Source: Candidatus Bathyarchaeota archaeon (GTDB lineage: Archaea > Thermoproteota > Bathyarchaeia > Bathyarchaeales > Bathycorpusculaceae). Taken from it: 64,000 bases of DNA. The notes beneath the pieces are model-generated. The model saw only the letters and a program-made list of their open reading frames with translations. It did not search any database and was not told the DNA's origin. The translations under genes were made by a program, and so were the position numbers. The stretch's first letter is position 1. The number at the start of each line of letters is the position of its first letter. This document shows, piece after piece, positions 47,559 through 58,115 of this stretch. Location: the NCBI GenBank assembly GCA_963827165.1, contig CAWGZR010000011.1, forward strand, positions 32,001-96,000, in the 5' to 3' direction.

Positions 47559-48760
47559 TCTTTTTTCTCCCCTAAAATAGTCACGTAAGCCTTCGTTCCG
47601 AAGCCTTCAAACTCTGAAATGCACCCCTTCTTCGGTGACCCATCGACAAAGCTGACTTGTCGCGGCCCAGCCTCGCCTCTCAATTGCCGGAAAACCTCAA
47701 AAATCTGTGCTCCGCCAGTGGCTCCGAACGGGTTTCCATCCGCTTTTAAGCCGCCGTCGGTGTTGACGAAAAGTTGTTTTCCGTTTACTTCATAATAATT
47801 CTTGTTGTTTTGGTAGCTTTCGTAAATGTTTTTCCAAGCTGAACCGGGCTCGATGAAGCCTAAATCTTCAAGGCAAGCAAGCTCCATCATGGTAGACTGA
47901 TCGCTTATTTCGATAACTTGCATTTCGGTCAACTCGGTCTTAGCCGTTTGAAGAGCATTTTTCATGGCGATTTCAGCGGCTACAAAACGAGATAGATCAT
48001 CTCTTGCCGAGTAGTTCAGGTAGTCTGTGGCTGAAATGCATGCTAAAATAGAAATTGGTTTGTCGCACCGTTTTTTGGCGGTGGCTTCGCTTGTCAGGAT
48101 CAACGCGGAGGCGCCGTCTGAAATTGGGGAAAAATCATACATGCCTAAGGGTTTATGCGCTGTTTTTCTCGCGTGCAAAACCTGTTCGACTGTTATTGCT
48201 TTTTGATACTGGGCATTTTTGTTTTTGGTTGCATTTGCATGGTTCTTAACCGAAACGTACGCTAAGGCGGCATTTAGTTTGTCAAGGTTTTCGCCTGTTA
48301 TATGATGCTTCTTCATGTAGGCCCTAAGCAGCAGCTCATGGTTAGCTTCTGGGGTGCCGCCTGCGAAGTAGCTCCACGGGTCTTCGAGCAGCATTAAGTC
48401 GTCCCGTATTTTGTCCCATCGGTCCGTCATTTTTTCTATGCCGCCGACGAGGACGGTGTTGTAGACTCCTGCCTGAATCGCGTGGCAAGCAGTTAATAAC
48501 GCGGCGCTAAAAGAACGGGTGACCTCCATGGGCACATGTAGTTCGGTGAGTTCTGATAGGAAGCCTTCTTCCAAGCCCAGCTTGTTTGTTATCGGGAGAA
48601 AACAATCTGACATGTAGCAGGCTTCAAGGTCTTTTCTTTCTAAGCTGCATTCGTTTGAAGCGGCAAGCCATGCTTCTTCAATAAGTTTCTCGGGTTCTTT
48701 TCCATAATGCTCCCCGAACTTTGTTCTGCCAACAGCAACGATCGCTGGTCGATTTTGCAA
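47555..48760 (-). CDS. Thiolase-fold protein with substituted catalytic residues
   Basis: GRTKFG, GGIEKM, SPISDGASA, NTDGGLK; ENACASG region reads EVTRSFS and GHP reads GNP. Confidence 0.85.
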   Translation of the reverse strand: MQNRPAIVAVGRTKFGEHYGKEPEKLIEEAWLAASNECSLERKDLEACYMSDCFLPITNKLGLEEGFLSELTELHVPMEVTRSFSAALLTACHAIQAGVYNTVLVGGIEKMTDRWDKIRDDLMLLEDPWSYFAGGTPEANHELLLRAYMKKHHITGENLDKLNAALAYVSVKNHANATKNKNAQYQKAITVEQVLHARKTAHKPLGMYDFSPISDGASALILTSEATAKKRCDKPISILACISATDYLNYSARDDLSRFVAAEIAMKNALQTAKTELTEMQVIEISDQSTMMELACLEDLGFIEPGSAWKNIYESYQNNKNYYEVNGKQLFVNTDGGLKADGNPFGATGGAQIFEVFRQLRGEAGPRQVSFVDGSPKKGCISEFEGFGTKAYVTILGEKKD

Positions 48761-49077
48761 ATGAAGTCTTCCCTTTTCTGTAGCTCTTAACTTTTCTGAA
48801 ACGGCTATTAAGGGTTTGCCATATTTCTCATTAAAAACGCCCGAAAAGCCGATTACCTAATATAGAAATCACCCGACTTTTCTGGCAGGCGATTGCTTGG
48901 TAAAAGCCAAATCTCTGTTTACTGGGCTTCAGCAGAGAATCGACCACGTCTTTTGCAGGTGCGATTACATAAAGAAATTGGACAAAGTCACGCCTTAATG
49001 TTGGCACGTCGGAAACAGCTACTGCGGCGAATACAAAAAAGAACCAACCAAAAACAAAAGAAAAAGCAAACAGCCAC

Positions 49078-50475
49078 CTAATAAGAAACACGGCTTATCT
49101 CATTAGCTGTCAACTGACGTTTGAGGGTTTTAACAAGGTTCAGCAGGTCCCTACTTAACTCAACGGGGTAAATCAAAGCATCTGTCAGAGCTTTGTGCTC
49201 TTCTGGCAAATCCGCCAAGTTCTTGGCAGCATAGTCTCGAATTTTCTCAAGTGTGGGAAGAGCATAGGTTAATTTGCCTTTTTCCATCATCTTAATCAGC
49301 AATGGCTCGGCCTCAACTTCTTCATTCGATAAAGCAATCACGTCTTTCTCAAACTTCCCATTAGCATCTCTATGACGGTAAACCTGCTTTCTGCCTGGAA
49401 GAGTGATTTTGTCTTTGCTTAGCTTCATTATGGGTGAAAAGACACCGTCAGCCCTCATGGTTTCGCAGAGCTTGTAAATAACGTCTATGTAGGGTCTGTC
49501 CGCTGAAGTTCCCATTTTTGTTCCCACCCCAAAAGAATCAATCCGCGCGCACTTGCTGAGCAACTCTTGTATTTTGAATTCGTCTAAGTCGCCGCTGGCA
49601 AAGATTTTTATGTAATTTAAACCCTCTGCATCGAGGAACTTTCGAATTTTCTTGCTATCCTTTATCAGGTCGCCGCTGTCCAATCGCACGCCACCTAATT
49701 TGAAGCCTTTTGCCTCAAGTTCTTTGGCGATGACAGCGGCTTTTTCTGCACCTGATATGTCATCGTAGGTGTCTATTAGAAGTGTTGATTTGTCTGGGAA
49801 AGTTTTTGTAAAGGCTCGGAATGCATCGATTTCTTTGGGGTACGACATAATGAATGAATGCGCCATTGTTCCGAAGACTGGGATACCGTAAACTTGCCCT
49901 GCCAAAACATTGCTTGTTCCCTCGCAACCTGCAATGTAGCTGCTTCGCGCCACCTTCATTCCAGCGTCAACGCCCTGCTCTCTTCTGAGCCCGAACTCGA
50001 TAACTGGCTTGCCTTTGGCCGCGTGAACCACCCGGGACGCTTTTGTAGCTATCATGGTTTGCAGGTTAACTGTGTTAAGCAGGAAAGTCTCAACAAGTTG
50101 CGCCTCAATTATCGGTGCAGTAACACGGATCAAAGGTTCATTAGGAAAAACCACTGCGCCTTCCGGAACTGCCCAAACCTCACCTGTAAATTTGAAGCTG
50201 CCCAGGTAATCCAGAAAATCCTCTTTGAAACCCTGTTCTTTTAGGTAGCTTAAGTGCTCCTTGGTGAATTTGACTTTTTGTAGGTACATTAGGCTCTGCT
50301 CAAGTCCTGAGAAGAGGAAATAAGAGCGGTTTTCGGACAGTCTCCTGATGAACAAGTCGAAGGTGGCAGGCTCAAAGTTTTTGTTGTCAAAGTAGCTTGC
50401 ACACATGGTTAACTCATAAAAATCCGTGAATAAACTCATGTTTTCTTCTTTGAGAAAGTTAAGAAAAGAGTTCAT
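49078..50475 (-). CDS. pncB: Nicotinate phosphoribosyltransferase
   Basis: TDFYELTM, EFGLRR, GTMAHS, LIDTYD, VRLDSGD. Confidence 0.95.
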   Translation of the reverse strand: MNSFLNFLKEENMSLFTDFYELTMCASYFDNKNFEPATFDLFIRRLSENRSYFLFSGLEQSLMYLQKVKFTKEHLSYLKEQGFKEDFLDYLGSFKFTGEVWAVPEGAVVFPNEPLIRVTAPIIEAQLVETFLLNTVNLQTMIATKASRVVHAAKGKPVIEFGLRREQGVDAGMKVARSSYIAGCEGTSNVLAGQVYGIPVFGTMAHSFIMSYPKEIDAFRAFTKTFPDKSTLLIDTYDDISGAEKAAVIAKELEAKGFKLGGVRLDSGDLIKDSKKIRKFLDAEGLNYIKIFASGDLDEFKIQELLSKCARIDSFGVGTKMGTSADRPYIDVIYKLCETMRADGVFSPIMKLSKDKITLPGRKQVYRHRDANGKFEKDVIALSNEEVEAEPLLIKMMEKGKLTYALPTLEKIRDYAAKNLADLPEEHKALTDALIYPVELSRDLLNLVKTLKRQLTANEISRVSY

Positions 50476-50624
50476 GCGTTATTAGAGAATTGGCTATCGA
50501 TTTAATTCTTTCTAGATAGCATTTCTTTTAGGGCTTGATTGCTTGGCTATTTTGCGCTTGTACTGTTGGTGTTCTAACAAGTAGATTTAATAGCCCTGTC
50601 CAACAAAAGAGCAAATGATTTCTA

Positions 50625-53498
50625 ATGCCGAATGCTTACCCAGTTAAAAGAGTCCTTCGCAACTGGAAACTTTTTACCGCGCTCTTAATCGGCATAGCGC
50701 TTGCATCCACGTTTTTTGCATGCATTGACGTAAAAGCTAACTCCTCTGCAACGACATCGCTGAACCAGCAACTCAAGAGCATTACTGTAGATATGCAGTT
50801 TAACACAAATCTCAACTTAACTGAAGTCACCCAAACGCAGGGTAACATTTCAAGCATCAACGGGGTCAGCAGCGTCGACGTCGTTTACAGGTTCAATTAT
50901 CCAGTGAAAGACCTTGAAACCAACTTTACAGATTATCCAGAGATAGCTTGCCTGCCTGAGTCATCCTCGATTAACCGCGAATGGACTAACGGGCCCGTTT
51001 ACATCGGGGCAAACCAAACATACGTTCTTGCAGGCACTTTGCTTGCGTCCAAAGTCCATATTGGTGATAACATAACCACCGAACTTATGTTCCCAACTCC
51101 TAATCAGGGTAACTGGACTACTATTTACCTCAACTTCACGGTTGCTGGTTTTGCAGATTTCACTGAAAAAGGCTATCAGCTTCTTTCAGGCAACACCTAT
51201 GAAATCTCGCCATATCAACCCCCAAGTTCAGTGCAAACCTACGAGTACCCTCAAGATTTAATGCTGATAGGCTGGAATAGCACTCTTCTGCGTTTCTGGT
51301 CCGGGATGGCCAACAGAACGGTTGACACAACTTTTCTGATAAATACTAATAATGACAAAATTATTAGCCCATGGAATGTTCAAACCTCAATCAATAATGT
51401 GAACGTCATAGCTAATGACATACAAAATAAACTTCTCTCAAATTATCAACAAGAAAGCTTTGTCCAAAACAACCTTGACAACGCATTGGAAAACTTCAAC
51501 TTTAACTTCCAAAGTACCCTTACCCAGTTTATCTTGTTCTCCATTCCTGTTTTCTTTATTTCATGGTACCTTGGTTCCACAGTCTCCGATGTTTCCTTCA
51601 CCATGCGAAGACGTGAAATCGGGTTACTATCAACCAAAGGCCTCTCAAGCGGACAAATCCAACGAATGTTCCTTGGAGAAGCAATAACTATCGGCGTTAT
51701 TGGCGGCGCTGTCGGAGTAATCGGCGGTTTAGTTTTAAACCAAGTTTTCAACGGCGGATTCAACGTGAATACTTTGTTTAGCCCGCAAGCAATCAGCCCC
51801 GTTACCATGGTTTTCACAGTTATTTTCGGCATGATTCTTGCTTTGTTATCAGTCTTTCTATCAGCACGTAAGGCTTCAAGGTTACCAACTGTTGAAGCTC
51901 TAAGAGAATACTCGCCCAGCTGGGCTTTCCGAGGCTCCCTTAAGATACCCGCTTGGATAGCGCTGGGTCTTGGAACTTATCAACTAATCATTGTCTTTTT
52001 CGGGATCAACGTGGTATCATTAGTGAACAATGCAAACTCTGGAGAGTTCTTCACAAACATTCTCTTGGCACCCGTAACAATACTTAACGGGATACTGACT
52101 TACATCGGACCCTTGCTGTTCTTCTGGGGGCTGACAAAAATACTAATTCAAAACTCGAGTGTTTTTCAACGGGCTCTCACAAGGATTTCAAGAGTCCTTG
52201 GCGACTTTGGCGCCCTGGCAGCGAAAAACGTTAGAAGAAGCCCAGCGCGTATCGCCGCGATAGCTTTCATAATTGCATTAATCATCGGTTACGGTGTTCA
52301 AGTAAATGGGCAAATCGCAAGTCAACAAGATTACTTAGTGAGGCAGGTTAAATACCAAGTCGGCGGCGACATTTCTATCGGTGTGGTAAACGCTACTAAA
52401 GCGACTCAGGTTCTTTCCGAAATATTGGGCAATGTCTCAGGTATTCAAAGTTCAACTATGCAGTGCCAGCTCAGCCAAAATTACGCTGGCACAACGATTA
52501 GAACAATTGATCCGACGAGCTGGCTTAAAACCGCTTATTACGAGAACGGTTGGTTCTCCGGCGCCAGCATGCAGCAAGCATTCACTGAGATGGAAAACAA
52601 CAACCAGACAATCATTCTGGAGCAGCGCGTTGCTCAAGAACTTAACCTCAAGGTAGGCGACACCCTGGCAATAGATTTTGCTTCAGGTGCAAGAACACTT
52701 ACGATAGTTGGGTTATTTGGTCCGAAATTACCCAGCAACGAGCTTCCAAGCGGGACAGGAGGCAGTACAACTGTTATAGGATCTGGTGGTCCGACGGACC
52801 TTCAATTTTATTCACCATATCTTATCACATGGTCGTATGTTCCTCGGAACCTCTTCAACATGAGCAGTTCCTTTAGCGACGCCTTCAAAGATGAGAACTT
52901 TGACACGACAATACTGCTGAAGTTAGATTCTGGAGTTAACGGAACTGCTGTAGCTGACAAAATCAGAAGCCTCAATCTCGAAATTGAAGGCGTAACATCG
53001 TTCGCTGAAGAATGGCAGCAAACTCAGCAAGGAAGCCAGACTGTGAGCACGGAAAATGGTCTAAACCCAGTTTATACTATGCAGGTTCTTGACTTTCAGA
53101 GCTTAGGAATTGCCTTTGCTATACTTTCTGCCTCTGTTGGAATGGTCCTAATAGCCGTCGTTAGCTTAAGCGAACGAAGCCGTGAAGCCACTATAATGAG
53201 CGTCAGAGGATTATCCTATAGACAGCTAGTGTGGATGTTTCTCGCTGAAAACTTGGCGGTTATAACTTTCGCAGTTATTCTTGGGTTAGCCGTCGGGTTA
53301 ATGATCGATTACGGCACCATAAACTCAGGTAACGCAGGATTGATCCAGCTTGTCCTTCCACACTTTGTTTACCCAGCCAGCGCCTTAGAAACAGTAGCTT
53401 GGTACATAGGTTTGATCTACGCTTCCACGATTGGAGCAATATTGGTCATGACAAGAAGGTACGTAACTAATCTCGAAAGGATGGTTAGAATGAAATGA
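50625..53498 (+). CDS. FtsX/MacB-type ABC permease (double domain)
   Basis: RRREIGLLSTKG and ERSREATIMSVRG FtsX motifs. Confidence 0.88.
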   Translation: MPNAYPVKRVLRNWKLFTALLIGIALASTFFACIDVKANSSATTSLNQQLKSITVDMQFNTNLNLTEVTQTQGNISSINGVSSVDVVYRFNYPVKDLETNFTDYPEIACLPESSSINREWTNGPVYIGANQTYVLAGTLLASKVHIGDNITTELMFPTPNQGNWTTIYLNFTVAGFADFTEKGYQLLSGNTYEISPYQPPSSVQTYEYPQDLMLIGWNSTLLRFWSGMANRTVDTTFLINTNNDKIISPWNVQTSINNVNVIANDIQNKLLSNYQQESFVQNNLDNALENFNFNFQSTLTQFILFSIPVFFISWYLGSTVSDVSFTMRRREIGLLSTKGLSSGQIQRMFLGEAITIGVIGGAVGVIGGLVLNQVFNGGFNVNTLFSPQAISPVTMVFTVIFGMILALLSVFLSARKASRLPTVEALREYSPSWAFRGSLKIPAWIALGLGTYQLIIVFFGINVVSLVNNANSGEFFTNILLAPVTILNGILTYIGPLLFFWGLTKILIQNSSVFQRALTRISRVLGDFGALAAKNVRRSPARIAAIAFIIALIIGYGVQVNGQIASQQDYLVRQVKYQVGGDISIGVVNATKATQVLSEILGNVSGIQSSTMQCQLSQNYAGTTIRTIDPTSWLKTAYYENGWFSGASMQQAFTEMENNNQTIILEQRVAQELNLKVGDTLAIDFASGARTLTIVGLFGPKLPSNELPSGTGGSTTVIGSGGPTDLQFYSPYLITWSYVPRNLFNMSSSFSDAFKDENFDTTILLKLDSGVNGTAVADKIRSLNLEIEGVTSFAEEWQQTQQGSQTVSTENGLNPVYTMQVLDFQSLGIAFAILSASVGMVLIAVVSLSERSREATIMSVRGLSYRQLVWMFLAENLAVITFAVILGLAVGLMIDYGTINSGNAGLIQLVLPHFVYPASALETVAWYIGLIYASTIGAILVMTRRYVTNLERMVRMK

Positions 53499-54391
53499 GC
53501 GGGCTAGACATCAAAATAAGAAACCTCGTAAAAGTCCATCAAACGGGCAAAATAGAAGTCCAAGCATTACGTGGACTAAACTTGGATATAACTTCAGGCG
53601 AACTAGTTTCCATAATAGGTCCAAGCGGAAGCGGAAAAACAACGTTGCTAAACATCATCGGGGGCTTAGACAAGGCAACCGCAGGAACAGTTCAAGTCGG
53701 CGACAAAACCGTGACAGCTTTCTCCGTCAGTCAACTTGTCGATTATCGAAGAAAAACCGTGGGACACATTTTCCAGAACCTCAACTTAATCCCAACCCTA
53801 ACGGCGAAGGAAAATGTTGAATTCTCAATGATTGCCTCGGGTTCTCCAAGAGCAAAGAGGAACGAGCGCGTGCATTATTTGCTTGGAACAGTGGGGATGC
53901 TTGACAGAGCAGACCATAAGCCTGAAGAGTTAAGCGGCGGAGAGCAACAGAGAATCGCGATAGCCGCTGCTTTAGCAAATAATGCGCCTGTGCTTTTGGC
54001 GGATGAGCCTACGGGGGAATTAGATACGCAGAACGCAAGAATCGTTGTTGAGTATCTTGTTAAAGTGAACCGTGAACTAGGCAAAACAATTTTGATGGTT
54101 ACACACGACCCAAGTGTTGCGAGAGCGTCAAGTAGAATCCTTCGAATTGAAGACGGCTTAATAAGAACAGCTCTAGCACCTTCCGAGGTTATTGTAAACG
54201 CGAAGGCTGTCTCCTACATAGACCAACTAAAGGCGAGAATCGGCGAAATAACTATGGAGCTAGATAAACTGGACGGCGACTTCAAAACTGACAAGATAAG
54301 CGGCGACGACTACGTTCAAAAAAGACTAAACCTCAAGAACGTCAAAGATAGCCTCAAAGAAGAACTTTCAAGAATGGGCGTAATCCCCTAA
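53495..54391 (+). CDS. LolD/MacB-type ABC ATPase with C-terminal coiled-coil extension
   Basis: GPSGSGKT, LSGGEQQR, ADEPTGELD, VTHD. Confidence 0.92.
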   Translation: MSGLDIKIRNLVKVHQTGKIEVQALRGLNLDITSGELVSIIGPSGSGKTTLLNIIGGLDKATAGTVQVGDKTVTAFSVSQLVDYRRKTVGHIFQNLNLIPTLTAKENVEFSMIASGSPRAKRNERVHYLLGTVGMLDRADHKPEELSGGEQQRIAIAAALANNAPVLLADEPTGELDTQNARIVVEYLVKVNRELGKTILMVTHDPSVARASSRILRIEDGLIRTALAPSEVIVNAKAVSYIDQLKARIGEITMELDKLDGDFKTDKISGDDYVQKRLNLKNVKDSLKEELSRMGVIP

Positions 54392-54432
54392 TCGTGCATA
54401 GCCTTTCTTTGGCAAGGACACCTTTTCTTCTT

Positions 54433-55281
54433 TTATAAGCGGAGAACTAAGTACAACAGACCACTTGCAATTGCTATGATGCCGAGGGCAGCGGTAAGGT
54501 AAGTTATCCTTTGTTTTCCAGCCACTTTGATAAGAAAATCTATGAGAAATAAGCTGATTACTGTTGAGGTGACGATTGCTATGGCTAAACCTGGTACCCC
54601 TATTGCAGATATTGAAGCGGCAACATTCTGTCTGCTCGCAACTAAAGTCAATCCAAAGGCTCCTGCCGCGGCGAAAATTCCTGCAGTGAAGGATAATCTG
54701 AAGGTTTCATCGGGTTCGATGCCAAGCAACAGCATGGCGCTTGTAGTAATTCCTGATCTGCTAACGCCTGGTAGAGCTGATATTCCCTGTGCAATGCCTA
54801 TTAATATGTAATCTTTAATGGTGAGGTTTTCCAGTTTTCTGAAAGCTTTTCCTTGTTGCTGCCTCTTTTTGGAATATCTTATTAGCGCTGCATCTCCTAT
54901 AAGGATGAGGCCTATGATTAGCATGGGTATGCCTAAGGCTAATGACGGTATTGAATCTGCGATTAAATATAGTGGAGCCGCAATTACACCCGTGATCACA
55001 GTGACGACAAGAACATAAAAGAAAAGTTTGCGTTTAATTTGATCTTTTGAACCTGCTAAAACTTGCACTAGTTTAACCAAATCTTTCCTGAAATAAATTA
55101 CAGCCGCGGCCAATGTGCCTATCTCCATAAACAAGCCAAAAGTGTATGCTTGCTGGTACGTGAGCTTCAGCAAGATAGAAGAGGAAACAATTATCTGCGT
55201 TTTGCTGCTGATGGGTAGCCACTCTGAAACGCCCTGAATGATCCCAATTATTATGGAGTATAGTAGCTGGATAAGAGTCAT
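54433..55281 (-). CDS. uppP: Undecaprenyl-diphosphate phosphatase (BacA family)
   Basis: QGVSEWLPISS, ALPGVSRSGIT. Confidence 0.92.
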   Translation of the reverse strand: MTLIQLLYSIIIGIIQGVSEWLPISSKTQIIVSSSILLKLTYQQAYTFGLFMEIGTLAAAVIYFRKDLVKLVQVLAGSKDQIKRKLFFYVLVVTVITGVIAAPLYLIADSIPSLALGIPMLIIGLILIGDAALIRYSKKRQQQGKAFRKLENLTIKDYILIGIAQGISALPGVSRSGITTSAMLLLGIEPDETFRLSFTAGIFAAAGAFGLTLVASRQNVAASISAIGVPGLAIAIVTSTVISLFLIDFLIKVAGKQRITYLTAALGIIAIASGLLYLVLRL

Positions 55282-55362
55282 ACAGTTCAGCTTAGAAATT
55301 GAGAAAGGGCGGCTGTGCAATAAAAGTTTTAGGGTTAAATCTTGAATCTTGACGCAAAACTT

Positions 55363-56582
55363 TCAAAGCATAGGTAGAAGTCCAAGTAATCCAATTATTC
55401 CGCCTACGACCACTATTAACGAGGCTATCCAGAAAGCGAGTTTCTCATATTTCTTGTATTGGTTTCCATTCATGACTTCCTTTTTGGTCACTAGTCTGCC
55501 TAAAAAGTACAGAGAGGGTATCAGTACCAGCGGGAATATGAACATCATGTTTAGCATCAGCTGGATATAGCCGCTTACAACAACTACGATGACGATTGCG
55601 GGTACGGCTTCCAACGCGTATATTTCTAGGAAGTTGGTTCTTGATTTTGGTCCAGATGCGCGTCCAGTTGCTTCCAGTACTCCCCATGCTGAGCCGAGCG
55701 ACACTACAACGAGGGCCAAGAAACCTGCGAAGATAAATCCTAACCCCATTATAGGTTCAGCATAGCGGCCAAAGACGGGCAGAGCCTTGGTTAACTCGCT
55801 GATATTGATTAGTTTGTCTCCGCTAAAAACATTCAAACCAACCACGACGAGGATAATCATAAGGATCTCAGAAACCACTGCGCCAATCAAAGTTTCCAAC
55901 CGCTCGTTTTTCAGGTCCTTGACCTCCTTGTGTCTGCGGGAATCTGCTCCTGAATGGAAATACAGCATCCACGGCATTATGACTGCGCCGACACTGGCCG
56001 CCAGCAGATATGCGAAGGATGGATTACCGTAAGGTTGCAGGGGCGAAAGACCCAGTGAAACAAACGATCCGAAGTTGACGTGGAATACGAAGGTTGAGCT
56101 GACAATTGCGATCATTAGAAGGAAGCTGACTGGTATGAGTACTTTTTCGGCTTGGTGGTACTGACGCCCGAAAACTATTAGCGTGTGAATCCCGAAAACG
56201 ATTATGAGCCCTAAGATCACTGGGAAACCAATTAATGCGAAGCCGATGGCGATGCCCGCGTACTGAGCAATGTACTCCAAAAAATCACTTAGACCCATCG
56301 GGACCGCTGCCATGAGCGCGGCTTTTTTCCCAAAATTATCTCTTATTTGTTCGCCGAGCCCTTTTCCTGAAGCAATTCCAAGTCGGCCCGCGGCGTCTTG
56401 AATGATGAAAAGCGGAAAAATCAGAACTATTAATATGAAAATCATCCTGTAGCCCCAGGTTGCGCCTGCTTGGAGTCCGGTTATAATGGAGGCGACATCT
56501 ACGTCGGCTATCATTACGATCCATGCTGGTCCGAAGTTTCTGAGCCAGTCGCTGACTTTTTGGTTCGTCTCTCTCGCCTCAC
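55363..56582 (-). CDS. NRAMP family divalent metal transporter; 5' start uncertain
   Basis: FGPAWIVMIADVD, GAVIMPWMLY; TM1 lies upstream of the track ATG (56514), and the nearest upstream GTG (56582) is out of frame. Confidence 0.85.
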
Positions 56583-56632
56583 TTAGGTGTGCCTAAGTGT
56601 CTACTAGCATATTAACATTTAGGTATACCTAA
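56580..56632. promoter_or_regulatory. Two DtxR/MntR-type boxes TTAGG-N4-CCTAA
   Basis: CACTTAGGTGTGCCTAAGTG (56580-56599) and TTAGGTATACCTAA (56619-56632) between divergent NRAMP and DtxR-family genes. Confidence 0.8.
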
Positions 56633-56708
56633 GTTAATTTCCTTCGACACACGAAAAAGAACCTCCGCCAAGTCAAAACTTATATGACGATCAAGAATAA
56701 TCTATTGA

Positions 56709-57131
56709 ATGAAGCTAATGTGCGTCTCCGAAAGCGTTGAAGAATACTTAGAGACACTCTGGATCTCAGAGGAAAAAGGGGAAAAACTCGCGCATCTCAC
56801 TTGGGTAGCTGACCATCTTGGAATCGCTGCTCCAAGCGCATTAGAAATGCTGAAAAAACTGGAAAAAGAAGGTCTCGTAGTCTACAAGGTAAGACAGGGC
56901 ATCGAGCTCACGGAAAAGGGTCGAGTGATTGCCAGAAGAATAATTCGGGCTCACAGGTTAACCGAGGTGCTAATGAAAGAAACGCTCAAAACGGACATCC
57001 GAGAAGAAACCGTCTGCGGCATGGAGCACCATATGGATGAAGAATTCATGGATGCACTCTGCACACTTCTGAAGCATCCAACAAAATGCCCGCATGGACA
57101 CCCAATCCCAGCGGGAAAATGCTGTCCATAA
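56709..57131 (+). CDS. DtxR/MntR family metal-dependent regulator
   Basis: EEYLE, LTEKG, HRLTE, MEHH, CPHGHPIP. Confidence 0.92.
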   Translation: MKLMCVSESVEEYLETLWISEEKGEKLAHLTWVADHLGIAAPSALEMLKKLEKEGLVVYKVRQGIELTEKGRVIARRIIRAHRLTEVLMKETLKTDIREETVCGMEHHMDEEFMDALCTLLKHPTKCPHGHPIPAGKCCP

Positions 57132-57241
57132 AAAGTTATTCCTCCCATATTTTTCGCTCTAACTTTTTTGAATCATCGAACCTCTTTTTTGTTGCGAATC
57201 CTTTTTGTCTTCGCAAACTGCATAGGTTCTTTTAGGGAAGA

Positions 57242-58111
57242 TTGGTGCCATTAATCACGAAGTTTGACCCGTGGCAAAGCGGACTCTGCACTTGCCCGCC
57301 AAAGCTTACTTTTAACCCTTACACCGGATGCGACCACCAATGCATTTACTGCTACGCCTCAAGCTACATCCCAAACTTCAAAGATTGCAGACCCAAAAAA
57401 GAGCTGCTTGCCATTTTGAAGAGGGAGGCCGCGAAGCTCAGCGGCGAAACAATCTCGTTATCCAATTCTTCAGACCCGTATCCACGTGCTGAAGTTTCTG
57501 AAGGTTTGACTAGACGATGCCTCGAAATCCTGGCTGATAGCAATTGCAAAATTCAGATAATTACCAAAAGCAACTTGGTAACGCGGGACGATGACTTGCT
57601 AAGCAAGGTGCCGTCAACTGTTGCCCTGACAATAACAACTGAAGACGACGACTTAGCTAAACTTATAGAACCATTTGCTCCTTCCCCGTCTCAGCGTTTG
57701 AGGGCAGCTCAGGATTTAATAAGAGCGGGTATTTCAGTCGTTGTTCGACTAGACCCACTCATACCACTTGTTAACGATCAACCAGAAACATTAATCGCGA
57801 ATTTAGCCAGCATCGGCGTCAAACATCTGACATGTTCAACTTACAAGGCTAAGCCAGACAATTGGATGCGGCTTACCCAAGCCCTGCCCAAAGTTGCCGA
57901 AAAGCTAAAACCGCTATATTTCCAGCAAGGTGAAAAAATCGGAGGCAGCACTCTTCTGCCCAAAGAGGTAAGGTTCAAGCTTCTAAAAAACATTCATGAC
58001 TTGGCGATTTCTCAGGGAATGAAGTTTGCAGTTTGCAGGGAAGGATTGGCCGGGTTAAACACCGCAACTTGTGATGGTTCCTGGCTTATGCCAAAAGTAA
58101 GGGGGGTTTAG
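57242..58111 (+). CDS. Radical SAM protein, spore-photoproduct-lyase-like (COG1533)
   Basis: NPYTGCDHQCIYCYA, SDPYP.AE, TKS, EP.APSP..RL. Confidence 0.85.
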   Translation: MVPLITKFDPWQSGLCTCPPKLTFNPYTGCDHQCIYCYASSYIPNFKDCRPKKELLAILKREAAKLSGETISLSNSSDPYPRAEVSEGLTRRCLEILADSNCKIQIITKSNLVTRDDDLLSKVPSTVALTITTEDDDLAKLIEPFAPSPSQRLRAAQDLIRAGISVVVRLDPLIPLVNDQPETLIANLASIGVKHLTCSTYKAKPDNWMRLTQALPKVAEKLKPLYFQQGEKIGGSTLLPKEVRFKLLKNIHDLAISQGMKFAVCREGLAGLNTATCDGSWLMPKVRGV

Positions 58112-58115
58112 AGGC

